DNA of 64,000 nt from Lingula anatina (taxonomy: Eukaryota; Animalia; Brachiopoda): the NCBI GenBank assembly GCA_051362555.1, contig CM120648.1, positions 1,403,721 through 1,467,720 on the forward strand, given 5' to 3'. The notes beneath the pieces are model-generated. The model did not search any database and was not told the DNA's origin. It worked only from the letters and a program-made list of their open reading frames with translations. The translations under genes were made by a program, and so were the position numbers. Below, in pieces: positions 11,827-25,900 of this stretch. The stretch's first letter is position 1. Every line of letters starts with the position of its first letter.

Positions 11827-14800
11827 ATATTGCTCTAACCTTAGCAAACATTGTTTTACCAGTGCCTGGAGGACCATAGAAAAGAATGTTTCTGTAGAAA
11901 CCCTTGTTCTTTTTCGTGTGTTTTGTAGCAATAGCTATCTGTCTAAGTTTCTCTTCTAAATCAGGCTGAAAAGAGATTGAAGTAGTAAAAAAGAGAATTT
12001 ATGGTTTTGCTTAAGATAAAAAAACTTGTTGTAAGTTGACACTAAACAAGGCAGCAAAGCTGTCAAATGTACAGACAAAAAGCAGGAAATTACAAAATAG
12101 GCTACTGTCAATTCTGATGCAAAAGTACATTATGTTAAACTGCAAATTCAACATCAAATTTTAATTATGCTCAACAGGTAATACCAATGTAAGTAAAATG
12201 TGTAACAAACATAAGGCTTCAGGCCCATGGGAGTTCAAGTTCACCCTTTGAAAATGTAAAACTTCCAGAGAAAGAAGTCAATTTGACTGCTTTTCCAACT
12301 CAGGCTACATTTTAGTCCTGTATTTCTTTTTTGAAAGTTTGGCAATCATAAGTAACATGGTTTTCCCAAAATGGTCATCATGGCAGCAGCACCTAAAATT
12401 GTGTTTTCTTCTATTCTGATGCAATATTACATAATGGTTACCAGCATAATGACCATCAATTTTTAATAATAAAATATACGTATCCTGGATTTTCAGAAAA
12501 TGTGAAAGCATGGGTCTTCAAGCCTGTGGAACATCAAAGTCACACCTTGAAAATGCCAATATGTGAAAAATTAAATTTTCACAAAAAAACTGTTTAACTG
12601 GCAGATTGCATTGCCTACTGAAGCTATATTTTAGTCCCATGTTTCTTTCCTGTAAGTTTGAGAACAGTAAGTGACATGGTTTTTCTTAAATGGTCATCAT
12701 GGGAGCAGAGCCCAAAATAGGTTTTTTCAAATGTTGATGCACTATTACATAATGTTTAACAGCATAATAACCATCAATTTTTAATAATAAAATATGAGTA
12801 TCATGGATATTCAGAAAATGTGACTAGCAAAGGTCTTCAGGCCCATGGAACTTCAAAGTCACAACTTGAAAATGCCAAAATGTAAACAAGACAGCACTGT
12901 TCTGAAATGTTTTTTTTTTTTCATTTTTAACAATTTTTTAACATAAAACAAAATTAACAGTTTACTGCCATTTTTATATGATCAACTAAAAAATTAATGA
13001 GATGGGAAAAATATCAATAGAGCAGTGTTAAATGTCCAATCTCTTCCATTCTGAGATTCTGAACATAGTGAATGATTGAATCTGACAAACTGCAATGATA
13101 TAAGTTTATTTCCATTTTTGAAACTTTATTACACAATACACCATAACAAATTAACCATCATTTTTACAAAATCAACTAACAATGTTGTAAAGATGCAGGA
13201 AATGTCAAACAAACACTTTTAATATCTTATTAATTAAATAATGAAACTGTTAACATGCCTAAGAATTGAATCTGAGGAAATGTGAAAAAACAACATAACT
13301 TCTAAAATAATGGCCCGATTATGCTGATCTTTTAACTCAACCTGCGTTTTAGTAAGATAGATTACTTCTGTGAGTTTCATGACAACAGGCCTATCAGTTT
13401 TCCTTGGAAAGTGTTTACAGTGTTGCATATATGCTGAAAAGTGAAAAATAAAGCATAACTTCTACAATAATGACCCAATCATGCTGATTTTCAAACTTGA
13501 CCTGCGTTTTATGAATATTCATCAGCTCTGTAAATATAAAGCCAAAAAGTAAAACTGCCTTCCACTTATCGTGTTTACAATGAAAGTGCACAGCGCCGAC
13601 AACGGCGATGACGGGGACGACAGACGCAGGTGATGGCAATATGTACAGACACATCTATATATATTTACTGTACTGTTTGAGAACAGTAAGTGACATGGTT
13701 TTTATTCTTAAATGGTCATCATGGGAGCAGTGCCCAAAATAGGTTTTTTTCAAATTTTGATGCAATATTACATAATGTTTAACAGCATGATGACCATCAA
13801 TTTTTAATAATAAAATATGAGTATCATGGATATTCAGAAAATGTGACTAGCAAAGGTCTTCAGGCCCATGGAACTTCAAAGTCACAACTTGAAAATGCCA
13901 AAATGTAAACAAGACAGCACTGTTCTGAAATGTTTTTTTTTTCCATTTTTAACAATTTTTAACATAAAATAAAATTAACAGTTTACTGCCATTTTTATAT
14001 GATCAACTAAGAAAATTGATGAGATGGGAAAAATATCAACAGAGCAGTGTTAAATGTCCAATTTCTTCCATTCTGAGATTCTGAACATAGTGAATGATTG
14101 AATCTGACAAACTGCAATGATATGAGTTTATTTCCATTTTTGAAACTTTATTACACAATACACGATAACAAGTTTACCATCATTTTTACAAAATCAACTA
14201 ACAATGTTGTAAAGATGCAGGAAATGTCAAACAAAAACTTTAACGTATCTTATTAGTTTAATAATGAGACTGTAATCATGCCTAAGAATTGAATCTGAGG
14301 AAAAGTGAAAAATATGCTGAAAAGTGAAAAAACAACATAACTTCTACAATAATGGCCCGATCATGCTGATTTTCGAACTTGACCTGCGTTTTATGAATGT
14401 TCATCAGCTCTGTAAATATAAAGCCAAAAAGTAAAACTGCCCTCCACTTATCGTGTTTACAAGGAAAGTGCACGGCGACGGCATTGGCATCGGCATCGCC
14501 ATCGGCATCGGCATCGGCGACGGCGACGACAGCCGCAGGTGATGGCAATATGTACAGACACATCTGTGTCTGTACATAAAAATGAAACAGACTGAGCTTT
14601 TATCAAATACAAGTAAATGACATAAAAACCAACTCACCTTTAGTATAATCCCTTGCACTGCATCTTGGGGCTTGGCAAACAGCCGTTTTGTTGTCTGTAA
14701 AATTACAATCAAAAATGAAATTGTGCACAGTGAACTTTTGGAAATGCATTTTAAAAGTTAGCCTATGACATATCTTGAACTCATAAAAAAGGTAATAATT

Positions 14801-17800
14801 TGAAAATAGATAGCAATAAACAAACCATTGAAGAAGAAATGACTTTTTATCAGTGAAAGACTAAATAAACTACTCACTGTTATGGGATGCTTCAATGTTT
14901 CAAACACGGACAGTCTTGATGTGTCTCTGACTAGAGAAGGTTTGCCGAGCCGAGCCTCTATAAACCTCGCCCCAACCCCTGTACCATACTTAGCAGTGTA
15001 CACTCCCACTGCTAGCAATGTCAAACCAGCCGCCTGGGGAAATATAGAGTAAAGGTCTCAACGCACCATTAATTATAAATATTGTTATGATTCAAATTAA
15101 CTATCTAAAAAGCATCATATCCCTAAAAAACAATAAATAAATTAAATAAAAAAAAGAATATTTTAAAAATTGGCATACATCTCCCACGCAAGGGATCTCT
15201 CGTGTGCATCTGCAACATCTTTTCTCTTTGACATTGTGGTTTTAACTTTACTTACTGTAGCTGATACTTTGTCCCAGTCTGATATAAAGGCTTGAAACCC
15301 TGACCCTAGGACTGAACCAGCAGTTCTGAAAGTGAGGAATCAGACATTTTCTATGAATTAAAAATCTCTTATTGCTTGGTGTAGGCCCTTATTTAAATAC
15401 ATATATAAAAAAATATACTTCAGTTTGAAGTTCATGGCATTTATTTGTTAAGTTCTTGTTCGTTTTTTCAAAAAGCAACAAAACTTCATTATCAAACTTC
15501 CTTACTTTATAGATTCTAAAACTGTCGTCCTTAATTCTGCCGCTTTAAGTTTTTCCTTTTCCATTATAATGTCTTTGTTTTCTCGGTCCACTTTGGCTCT
15601 TCCTCGTAATTCTGCCTCAAGTTTCATCATCTCGTACTTGTGCCGTAGTTCTGCCTCGTGCTCTATTGTGGCTAGAAATTAAAGTATTATCAATTATTTC
15701 ACCCTGTCAGCTGTTTCAAGTTTGGATTCTGATCAATGATAATATTGTTCATTAGCAATTTTTTGTATTGATACTTTAAATATACTTTTGAATGATGCGT
15801 TAATTTTAAGAACACCTGAAAGAAATAAATTTCTTATTAGTAATACATAAAATAAATATCAGTAGAATAATTTATTATTTTGATCCAACTTATCAGCATT
15901 ACTATAAAATGAGAAAAAAAACTTTTCTGTACTTCGTATCATGTTTATGCTCAGCTGTCAAAACAAAAACTGTTTAATAATCTAATATAAAGAAAACTCT
16001 AGCCATTACACAAGTAAAAACTTATAAACTTTCCTACTCACATCTCCTCATTGCCTCCTGTTTCTGAACAGACTCTTCTTGTGACCTCAGCTGTTGCTCC
16101 TGCATCTTTTGCTACAAAATTGAGAGAAAAATACAGACTTCTAGCTGACTGAAGGGAACATCTGCCTTCCCCTCCCTCTCTGTCTCTCTTTCACACACAC
16201 ACGCACGCACGCACGCACACACACACACACACAATTCACTTAAAATAATTACCACTAAAAGGTTAAATTTTACAAACATTACACATGTACATACAATATA
16301 TAAATAATAATTATAGACAAAAAATCAATTATAATTACAATATAAATATTAAAATTGATTGTGACATGGTCCTTCCTTCAATATTATCAATATCAGAAGA
16401 TGAATCTTTTTTAAACAGAAGTAAAAGATTGATTTATTTCAAACTCAAATACTTAGAATACTACACCTGTTGCACGAGCTGATCATCGTAACGTCGACGT
16501 GACAAAAGATCTTCATATTCTGCTCGCGCTTTCTGCTGTTTTGCTTGTTCGCCTAGAGTCTTTCTCCTCTCCTCCTCACTGATACGTATCTGGTCTCCTT
16601 TCATCTGCTCAATGGCTGCTTCATATTCCTACACAATACAAATTATATTAACTATGTAAACTATAAATGGCAGCGAGGCATTCCTTAGAAATCCAAACTG
16701 TAAACTAATAATAATTTAATAATTTATTCAGGTAATATACATATAAGACGATGAATAAGATATTAAGGAAGGTCATATTTTTCATTTGTACTGATGGACC
16801 AAGACTCACCTTTATCTTTGCCTGGTGTTCTATTTGCAGTGTTTGTTCTTGCATCTTGGTGATTTCCAAGGCTTCCTTGGCATGTTCTAAAATAATGACA
16901 AAAAGCTTTATCATGTTATGTAGTAAACGTGTCTAACAATTTTATATGCTCAATTTTTTTTTTTGCATATATGACGGACTAGTGTGGCATAATTAAGTCC
17001 TTTAATGGTGGTTTTAGATTCACTAACCAAAAAGGTAGCAGTTATATAAGTGCTCATTCCTAATATAACTATCATTCTATGTAGACCAATACAACTCTGT
17101 GGGAATGGTCGCTGAATGCAATCAGATTAACACCCTTCCCTATTTCCAACATACTTGTATATATTCGCCAGCTTTTTCTGTATACTACTCAACACCAAAA
17201 GGTGGTGTGTCAATCTGTTAATCTGATTGCATTCAGCCAGAGTTGGACTGGTCTGCATAGAACAACATTTTCACTGGGAATGGGCCCCTGAGTGTGGCAT
17301 GTGATTGCATTCAGCCAGAGTTGGACTGATCTGCATAGAACAATATTCTCACTGGGAATGGGCCCCTGAGTGTGGCATGTGATTGCATTCAGCCAGAGTT
17401 GGACTGGTCTGCATAGAACAACATTCTCACTGGGAATGGGCCCCCGAGTATGTTACTGGAAGAATTTTTCAAATGTACAATGCAAAGCAGATAAACATCT
17501 TTATTTTTCCATCTGGGAAGTCTTCAAGCATGTATGGGGATAATTGATAACATAAAAGTCATGGCAGACACGAGCAATATAACCCAAGTCCAGGTTCTAT
17601 GTCATTTTATGTTTTATTTTATTGTCCTGAGAATGTAATGACCTTCACACAGCTTCAAGTTCACACGTTGTTAATGAGCCCAGTCCTTTAAAGCCGCTGA
17701 TTTTTCACATCGAGCATTATAACTATCATCCCATCATTTAATTCCATGAACTCAAAGGTGTGACCACTTCTTTAAAGCACCATTTTGCTCATTTAAGAGT

Positions 17801-18167
17801 AAAATGACACCTTTGCCAAAGATTGCGTCACTTACATTGAGAGGAGTACGATTTGTCCAAGAAAATATACTTCCCTAGCAACGATACTTAATCAAAACCA
17901 CAAGGAGCGAGCTGTACCGAAAGCAACACAGCCGGTGAAGCTTTTTACGCCATGAAATAACTTACTTGAAGCTTCTAGTTCTTTTGCGGCTTTCGCTGCT
18001 CGCTCCAGAGCCGCCGAATCGAACCTGTATGCTTCCATCTTCTTTTGGTATTCCTTATCCAAATCTCCCTTGTCGCCTCCCCCACCTGGAGGAGGGGGTG
18101 GTGCCAGAGGGATCTCAGGAAATCCTGACGGGGTCGACGATTTACCTCCTCCAAATAACCACGACAT
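7655..18167 (-). CDS. ATAD3: ATPase family AAA domain-containing protein 3 (mitochondrial), complete, 15 exons, ~604 aa
   Basis: Exons: 18167-17966, 16886-16810, 16628-16467, 16111-16042, 15671-15506, 15325-15256, 15033-14878, 14694-14638, 11965-11840, 11650-11526, 10614-10563, 10355-10285, 9113-8946, 8492-8384, 7858-7655. All are GT-AG and in frame (1815 nt). Motifs: N-terminal [23 protein letters not shown], Walker [24 protein letters not shown], Walker [34 protein letters not shown]. Confidence 0.97.
12044..14582 (-). mobile_element. Helentron/HINE-like non-autonomous rolling-circle element in ATAD3 intron 8, with internal duplications
   Basis: On -, it starts T-run + palindrome ATGTACAGACACAGATGTGTCTGTACAT, followed by a (GCCGAT/GTCGCC)n microsatellite. 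It ends with subTIR TGTCTGTACAT + hairpin GACAGC-TTT-GCTGCC + TTGTTT. It contains ~300-bp repeats and a ~1020-bp direct duplication (12661 vs 13680). Confidence 0.75.
17050..17450. mobile_element. Family C-related MITE with its right end triplicated (78-bp unit x3)
   Basis: gctgaatgcaatcag...ctgattgcattcagc core. The unit gattgcattcagccagagttggactggtctgcatagaacaacattctcactgggaatgggccc repeats at ~17225, ~17303 and ~17381. Confidence 0.65.
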
Positions 18168-18214
18168 TTTTGGTTACTTATAGATTAGCTACAAGTTCGC
18201 CGTGTGCTATGTAA

Positions 18215-18256
18215 CTCACGTGTAGCAAACAACGGAAGTTACTGTTGCGCATGCGT
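18215..18256. promoter_or_regulatory. ATAD3 proximal promoter motifs: E-box CACGTG, ETS/GABP CGGAAGT, NRF1-like TGCGCATGCG
   Basis: The motifs lie at 18217-18222, 18233-18239 and 18246-18255, 50-90 bp upstream of the ATAD3 ATG. Confidence 0.55.
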
Positions 18257-19469
18257 TTTTGTTGCGGACTGCAAGACAAACCGCAACCAAGTTTATAACG
18301 CACTTTCTTGTTCACATTAAGAAATTCTATAGTTGGAGATGTTGGTGATTTTAATATACAGACACTGTGTGTCTGCTCACCGTATTTGTACTCTATGCCA
18401 AGCCATGCTTTTTTTTTTACTTTAAGCTACTTGAAAGTAATAATAATAACATTTATAGCATAAGCTCGGTTTCTGGAAACTTTTTCACTTCATTTATAGG
18501 AACAGTAAAGTTTATCACCATCTAGCCACTTAAGGAGGCTTGCCATTTACTTAAACTGATTGCATTCAGCAAGAGTTTGAACAGAATACCCAGTATGACA
18601 GTTTCATAGGAAAAATTAAAATGCGCCAAAAATTAAATATACAAGGCAGTTTTGAATTGATATCAAACTTTTTTTATTACTATCATAATGCACAAAACAT
18701 ACATATTATACTACTCCTGATAGTAAAGATTTTCTAATACAAATTTCAATGTGCAATCTACATTTCAAATGAACAAGAAAGATATAAGCAAAACTCTGAA
18801 AGATTATAGCAATTTACAACAATAAAATTGTTAAAAATCTATACATGAAATGGGTCCATGTAACTCCCAAGCTACTTCACTGGTCAGATGATACCATGAC
18901 AACTGTATCCATGGTAACTTGACCCATGTATATTTCAATAACTGGTGACTATACCACATATTATAATAATTATATCAAAGTGATGACAAAATGATTTTGG
19001 TGAATACAATGCTGATATTGTGGATTCCTGTTATAATTATATATAAGACTATAATCAGACAATGAAAATGCTAAAACTCACAATCATGAAGTTAAAATAA
19101 TGGTTAAATGTTTTGGCAACAAACTGCTCTGTCTCATCTTGGCAAAAGCAACACCTATGGGTAAATAAGCAAATCAACACCCAATGCTCGTACTAGAACT
19201 ACATTACAAGCAACTCATCCCAAACACTAATCATGATGCATTCCAATCCACCAAAGCTAATGGTCAATAAAATAATGAAAAGGAAGACAACCTTGGGAGC
19301 CGATTTTTACAAGAGCTTTTTTCGGTACTTTCTTTCATTTGAAAGTATATGCCACTGTTCACTTCAAACTTAAAAAAAAGGCAATGGAGTAATGGAATCT
19401 ACAGTACAAGACCCATATAACCAGTAGTGTCTCTTTGTGTAATCAAATCAGAACCCAAGGATTTTTAAA

Positions 19470-19504
<35 letters not shown>

Positions 19505-20720
19505 GCATCATTAACAAATGACATAACAAAGAGAATCATTACACGAAAAGGATAAAAATGAAGTCAAAAAAGTTTCAAGGCCACCATGTTACCTTAGCAG
19601 CTTAAAAGGTAGTACAAGGTAAAGCAAAAATTCTAAAAATGGTTCTAACACAACAAATACACACATTAAATCACAACAATATGACAATATGAATTTCATG
19701 ATTCTGTGGCTAAACTGATGATTTTTTCTTTTTGTCAATTAAACAGCTGTTTCGCAATGATTTTATGTTGATTTTCTGGATTTTATCTCTTCTTAGCAGA
19801 TGAAAAAGAGAGAACTGAGAGAAACTTAAAGCAAAATAAAGCATCTTATTAACTATAACAAAGGATAATTAAATTAGCACAAGCATCATTTACATATGGG
19901 CATGTTTTCTGAGGTTTTCAATGGATGTTTAAATGGAATATGATTGCTAATGGTTGGTGATTTGCCAAAGGCATTAATACTTAAATCTTTATCAGTTTCC
20001 ATGGCAACCTTCTGCATTTCAAAACACAAACACTATCTTTTTCAAAAATAGTTGCGACTTCTTTCCAAATTTCAAGTCTCAAATATTTAAAGATTATTTT
20101 TCCAGAATAAAATAATATCATAATCCCCTTGAAAAGTTTTAAAACTGAATTAAAACTAAACCGCCAGCACTTCATAGTGGGAGATACAAAAATGAATTTT
20201 GGATCCTTTTTAGAGAAGTCTGTGAAACATTCTTGGCAAATTTTGCCATCCTCGAATTTTCAATAAAATCTTCACCCTATAAGCATATAAAATTAGATGT
20301 ACACAAAAAAGGATAATATCAATAAAATCCCTATAAAATTCTTCAAATAATTTGTACAAAAATACTATCATGATGAAGCATCTACAATGGCATCTTAACC
20401 TCAAAAATTTACAGCGTGCTGACTCAAGCAAAAACATGAAAAAAAAAAAATTCTACTTAAAAATTTCACTGTACATCATTCCTTTCCCCTTTTATCAAAA
20501 TTGCTAAAAAAAAAAAAAAAAAAAAATTTAAGGGACAAAAATCAAGCCACAGCTTCAACTCTTCAGTCACTATTGCCTTACAATAAATCTGTGATTCAAC
20601 GACTGAAAATGCTGCCAAAATGTTGAACTTCCGCCTCTACAGCAACCTAGAAAAGTTGTTTAAAACATGGTTGTATACACGTTGCCATAGCATCCGTTGT
20701 CATGGAGACAGGCATTTTAA

Positions 20721-22902
20721 CTAGGAGGCATCTGCTGTGGCACCCTCTTCCATTTTTTCATCGCCTTTCTTTTCCGTTTCCTCAACGGGAGCAGGGTTCT
20801 TTTTGGGCCTACCACGGCCTTTTCCTGGTGTTTTGGCAGCCTAGGAGAAGAAAATTTGAGATTATTTATTCCTAATCACTTGCAGATTTTCAAATTCAAA
20901 ATTTCAAAAAGCCAAGAACCAATTATTTGTGTTGCATGTTCCCATTATGTCCAGTTTGAGGAAGAGTCTGCTTCATGCATTAACCCATGATAATGAGATT
21001 TAACAATTTTTATTTTTTTTGCTTCACCAAATAAAATGGCTCTCGGCTCGAGGTTATTAAATCAAAAACTAAAAGAACAGACTTCATTAAAACCCAAAAT
21101 TTCTTCTAAATTTTGGAAGTCTGTCGGTGTAAACGAAAGCATTCACTCTGTCCTGTGAGTAGTCATCTAGATTTAGGGTGTATTCCCAGAGCTTTTAGAT
21201 CGATCTATCCCCGCGGGGAGTCTCACTACTGTCAGATAATCCGGCTTAAATGTCTGTCCCGCCTACTACAAGCTGTAAGGGTGTAATTAACTTTTGTGCC
21301 CGCTTGGCTGACAGCTATTTAGTGCGTACTCAAGGGAGTTAGGTCGATCTAAAGTAGATCGATCTAATCTCTGGGAATGGGGTCCTTGTGTCTATTAAGC
21401 TATATGACTTGTTTTCAGGTATCCCAGTATGAATCTGCACTTTCACATTACAACTGAGACATAGCAAGCAAACAGTGTACAAGTTTTTTTCCGTTAGCTG
21501 AAATCAAAGACTGTTGGTCTTTGCAAAGTGCTAAGATAACTTATTTGAATTTTAATATTAAAATAAATCAAAATATTTAAAAATAGGTCTAATAATGTTG
21601 ATTTCTTTTTCCTAATTCTGGCTTTAACCTTAATAAGGGCACCTAAAATAGGAATAAAAATTACAAAGGTGCCTTACCCCAGCTGGTTTGCCTGCCCCTC
21701 GGCCTTTCTTGGCAGGGGGTGGAGGAGGGGGTGCTCTGCCACTCCTGGAAGAGCGGGTCACACGCCCTGTGGAGGTATCTGTGAATCCCTCTGCCTTAAG
21801 GAGCTCTTTAGCTGGAAGAAAAAGATTCTTGTTATACAGTTTCTGACCCGAGGTGGGTCAGATTTCTGGACGGCCCAAAACAGATCTAAAAGATCTGGGT
21901 AAGTCTTGTACATATTTATTTTCATGCTTATGAAAAAAAAAAAAAAAAAAAAAAAAAACCCCAGGAGGGATCATCATATCAAGCCTTGAAAATCCACAAT
22001 GTGTCTGTACATAAAATCCAATTAAAAACTGAGAAATGGGATATTTCACATTTAAGATGATGATTAGCAAGTGTACTGGAATTCCTCCTAGAAGCAAATT
22101 TTGTGTTAATCCCTTAAGCCTAGAGCTTGTTGTAAATCAAGTGCACATTCCAAGTTTTGAGAGCGCATTCAGAACAGCGGACTAATAGATCATTCCCACA
22201 GATATTTAGATAGATCCATCCCCCTGGGGAGTCTCACTAGATTGTTGTCAGCTTAACTGGCTTAAATGTATGTCCCACCTACTAAAAGCTATAAGGGGGA
22301 CAATTTTTCGCGCTCGGCTCCCGGAAGCTGTCAGCAATTTAGCGGGAACCCCCAGGGAGTTAGGTCGATCCAGATGGATCGATCTAAATCTGTGGAAACC
22401 CAGTCTAATAGATCCGGAGATCAAATATGGCAACACACTAAAAAGCTTGCTGCTTCATTCCTGATAAGACACTGAAAAGATTCTCCACAGGGATTACGCA
22501 ACAAGCATTCAAGTGGTTGGGCCATATTTAATCGGCAGATAGGGAAGTCTGTTGTTTTGAATGCACTCTTTAGCGCTAATGACGCACAAAACGTACATTC
22601 TTCTTGATGCAATATGACATCAATTCGCTGCATCATTTGTAATAATTTGTAATAACGCAAATATACTTTTGAACTCAGCTCACCCTGCTTTTCCAAGAAC
22701 TGGAAAGAGATGAATTAGAAATCTTTTTTTAAATATGCTTCACTGAGGGCTTAATTCTCACCTTCAGCCATCACCTTATCAATGGTGCTACTGCGTTTGG
22801 TGGTTGGCCTGCTGTCTCTTTTGGCCTTTGTCTCCGTTCTAGTATCACCAAGCTTTTCTCCTCCCAGTAGGGCCTTGCCCTCCTGTAAATAAATAAATAA
22901 AC

Positions 22903-22944
<42 letters not shown>

Positions 22945-25900
22945 AAAAAAAAATCAAAATAATCCTAAAATTTTGCTTCATGGCATCTTTTTGAAAGGGA
23001 AAGGAGGGCAAGAGCGTTTAGGACAGGTAAGAGGAATGAAAAAAAATGGAAGAACCAGAAGAAGAAGAAGAAACTCTGGAGGAAGGGGTGGCAAATATAC
23101 AACACATGAAGAGACACCTTAGCTGTCTCCGCCATGGTGGTTTCCTTCTGCATGCGTGGTTTCTTAGCTGGGGGCTCAGCTTGGATTTCTTCAATTTTCT
23201 TCTGCTGTCCCCTGGTTTGTGCATCTTCGTCTGGTTTGCCAACAGAAGCCAAGATGGCTGCACCCTCCTGGAATGATAACGAAGAATCTGCCCTTTATAC
23301 TGTGATGATCTCAATCTGATGGACCCAGAGTGTCTCTGATTTTATTGCTACATCTTCAGAAATACTGACCATTGTGGTCGGACTCTGCCAAAAGTGACCA
23401 CAAGCAACACTTGATTGTTGAAATCCTGAAATTCAACCTCTTACATACTAAATATTTTATATTTCACACTTTATAAATTTCTAGATGCCAACTTTCCAAG
23501 TAAAGTATCACCTAATCATTTTTCTTTAATTCTACTTTAAAATTTTTTCTATCAGTGCTTTCTTCTAAATCTGCTGTTTTTAACATATTACAATTAAATT
23601 TGATTAATAGCCAATAAAAAGATCAGGCAAGAGTTTTCTACAAAAACCAATTTTCTAAGCCTATTAAGCTTCTGTTAAATAACATCGCCTCTGGTGTAAA
23701 AACTAGCAGTACTTCTAGAAAATATACCCTCTAATAATAATAATATCAAGCAACCGCCATCTTTCCTATAGAGACATACAGTAAGTGGGGGGGGGAATAC
23801 CTTTACAATTATTTACAAAATCGCTGCTACCAGAACCAAATGGCTAAAACATTATTCTACCTATCTCATCGGTACATTTACACTGAAACTCATTTCCCAC
23901 AATTTTTCAGTTTATCTAACAGTCATGAAGCTATAAATGCAGTTCATATAACATTAATGTAGTTAGCCATTGAGAAGGGCTACAGACTGGTATCTTAATT
24001 TTTTTTTTCGCTTGGGATGCAGTTTAGATTTTATCAACAAAAACTAAATTATCCCTTCCTTCAATAATTCTCTATTTTAGGGGCCATATCTCTTAACAAA
24101 ATACTAAGTTTAAAATGCTGTAAGTCGTTATTTTCTCAAAAAAAAAAAAAAAAAAGAAGGAATTTTTACTATTGTATTGCAAACAAAAAATTGAAAATTA
24201 GCTCGAAACCATATTGTAATCACTTCCTAAATTTCAAACCGGAGAAAGTGGTCATTAAATCCTTGGATGAGACCACTAATTAGGCTTGTTTATATGTCAT
24301 ATGTAACCTGTACAGCTATAAAGATTCTGATGATTGACTGGATAAAAGAAAAAAAAACATATATAGACTATGTCATTTACAAAAATGAAAATAAAATTAT
24401 ACAAAGATATATTGGTATTCCCCCACCTTGAAGATATCAAAGGCAATATTTCCCCTGCCCAGAGATAGCCATGCACCACAGCATAATAATAATAATAACT
24501 AGAGGATCAGAGAGGCGATACCGCCTCCGAATATTGTACCACCAGCTGGAGCAAGCGCATTCGTATAGACCCCCACATACACAAAATAAGGGGTGCAGCC
24601 ACCAGTCTTGTGCTTGACAAGCTGTAAAAATGCAATCAACAAGAATTTTCAAAATATGCAAAAAATATATATAACTAAAAATGGTGCAATCAAAGTTAAG
24701 TTCATTGTAAGGTAGGTCAAAGGTCAATTTCAAGGTCACAGTAAGATTGCCAGTATATGACTTCCTATTCAACTTCAATAGTAACTATGGACCTATCTCT
24801 GCCAGTTTTGGAGATAAAAGGGAAGCAAAATTTGCAAAGTTCAGTTCATGGTGAAAAGTAGGTCAAAGGTCAATGTCAAGGTCACAGTAAGATTGCCAGT
24901 ATATGACTTCCTATTCAACTTCAATAGTAACTATGGACCTATCTCTGCCAGTTTTGGAGATATAAGGGACTAAATGTTATAATTTTGGAGTTACCATAAT
25001 GTGCCATAAATTTCCTACAGAAAAAATTAATTAAAATAAAGAAAAGGTCATTTTGGTCAAAGTTCTTGAAATGGGAGGTTCTCTGAAGTTGCAGAAGTTT
25101 AAATTTGATAAAATAATGTCATTTTTGACCACAAGTTGTCTGCTTTGCCAAGCATTATGTTTTATTTTTCCGGAGTTCAAAATTTATTATCCATTACCGT
25201 ACTGCACATTTTTACGGAAGCCGACTGGTGCCATATGTTGAAAAAAAAAATTATCTCGAAATTTCGAGATAGCATTTTTTTTGTTCAAATTTCAAAATAC
25301 TATCTCGAAATTTCGAGATAAATTTTTTTGCTCAAATATCAAAATGCTATCTCGAAATTTCGAGATAATTTTTTTTTTGTTCAAATTTCAAAATGCTATC
25401 TCGAAATTTCGAGATAAAAATTTTTTTTGTTCAAATTTCAAAATAGTATCTCGAAATTTCGAGATAATTTTTTTTTCTACATATGGCACCAGTCGGCTTC
25501 CGTACATTTTCCTTTCACCACCAATATGTACTTTCTGATACAGCGTAACTCGAAAACCGTATGGAATACAAAAAAACCGAGACCACCTCCAGTGTTGGGC
25601 TTTACATGCTCTACAAAATGCAAAAAAGAATGGGTCTCTAGCATTAACGGTTCCCGAATTAGAGACAGTTTTCAGTTTCGGTATCTTATGGCTGCTACTC
25701 CTGTGAAAATGCACCGATTGACCCCAAATTCACGGAGATGAAAGATGACCTGAAGGGTAACACTTTCCAATAATATTATTGGTTAAGTCTGTGTGGCGTC
25801 TGAATAACAGGGCAAAAAAATTTTTTTTCGTAAAAAATTTCATTTTTTTGAAAATTTTGACCCATTTGACCTTGAAGTAAAAGTGAAAGGTCAAATCCGA

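Noticed and set aside
14282-14712. ORFs with ADADAD/PMPMPM repeats
   Set aside because: Translations of the HINE hexanucleotide microsatellite.
23370-23425. Exon-like 56-nt segment ending in ATG|gtcagt on -
   Set aside because: Not a multiple of 3 and no supporting upstream promoter evidence, so it cannot be supported without RNA data.
25251-25470. Regularly spaced palindromic repeats resembling a CRISPR array
   Set aside because: The spacers are near-identical to each other, there are no cas genes, the context is a eukaryotic intron, and the array is bounded by MITE TIRs and a TA TSD.
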